Part shown: positions 58,570-58,671 of the stretch, piece after piece
Numbering within the stretch: the stretch's first letter is position 1
Layout of the letters: each line of letters begins with the position of its first letter
Origin: Deltaproteobacteria bacterium
GTDB lineage: Bacteria > Desulfobacterota > Desulfobulbia > Desulfobulbales > Desulfurivibrionaceae
NCBI GenBank assembly: GCA_021822005.1
Contig: JAJZSH010000002.1
Span: 1-58,671, forward strand
DNA length: 58,671 nt
Direction of reading: 5' to 3'
The notes under the pieces: model-generated
Seen by the model: only the letters and a program-made list of their open reading frames with translations
The model's database searches: none
Told to the model about the DNA's origin: nothing
Made by a program: the position numbers and the translations under genes

Positions 58570-58671
58570 TATCATCGGATTATTGCAGATGACAGCCACC
58601 CCTGAAAAAGTTAATATCTACTTCGACGGGGGTGTGGCTCTTGGGGTCAGTGGCCTGTTTATTCAGACTCA

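Overview
GC-rich bacterial chromosomal window, probably Desulfobacterota/Desulfobulbales (inferred from the split atpZIBE operon, the NikR-nikMNQO locus, and abundant sigma54, HDOD, HD-GYP and PilZ signalling). In order: a two-component/HD-GYP/HDOD cluster; NikR with a nickel ECF transporter; USP and radical SAM genes; a sigma54-driven operon (three small proteins sharing an FAE-x-[GN]E motif, a TSUP/TauE transporter, a tandem USP) with a divergent HK/NtrC pair; an orphan zinc-ribbon ParA with a small partner; hemL, atpZIBE, rimO, IHF, rluB, UbiD; sirC-ccsA-hemA; a ZraSR/ZraP-like module bracketed by a diverged duplication of the hemA 3' end; czcCBA with a P-II-like gene; rpmH-rnpA-yidD-yidC-jag-mnmE; a cNMP-HDOD gene, an IS1595/IS1016 element, rubredoxin, hpt, bioA, tRNA-Arg(UCG); and an AT-rich tail with scrambled CTAGTGGGGTCAG repeats. 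Two families of modular palindromic intergenic repeats recur, and their ends repeatedly supply the stop codons of neighbouring genes. All calls come from reading motifs by eye; no database searches were run.
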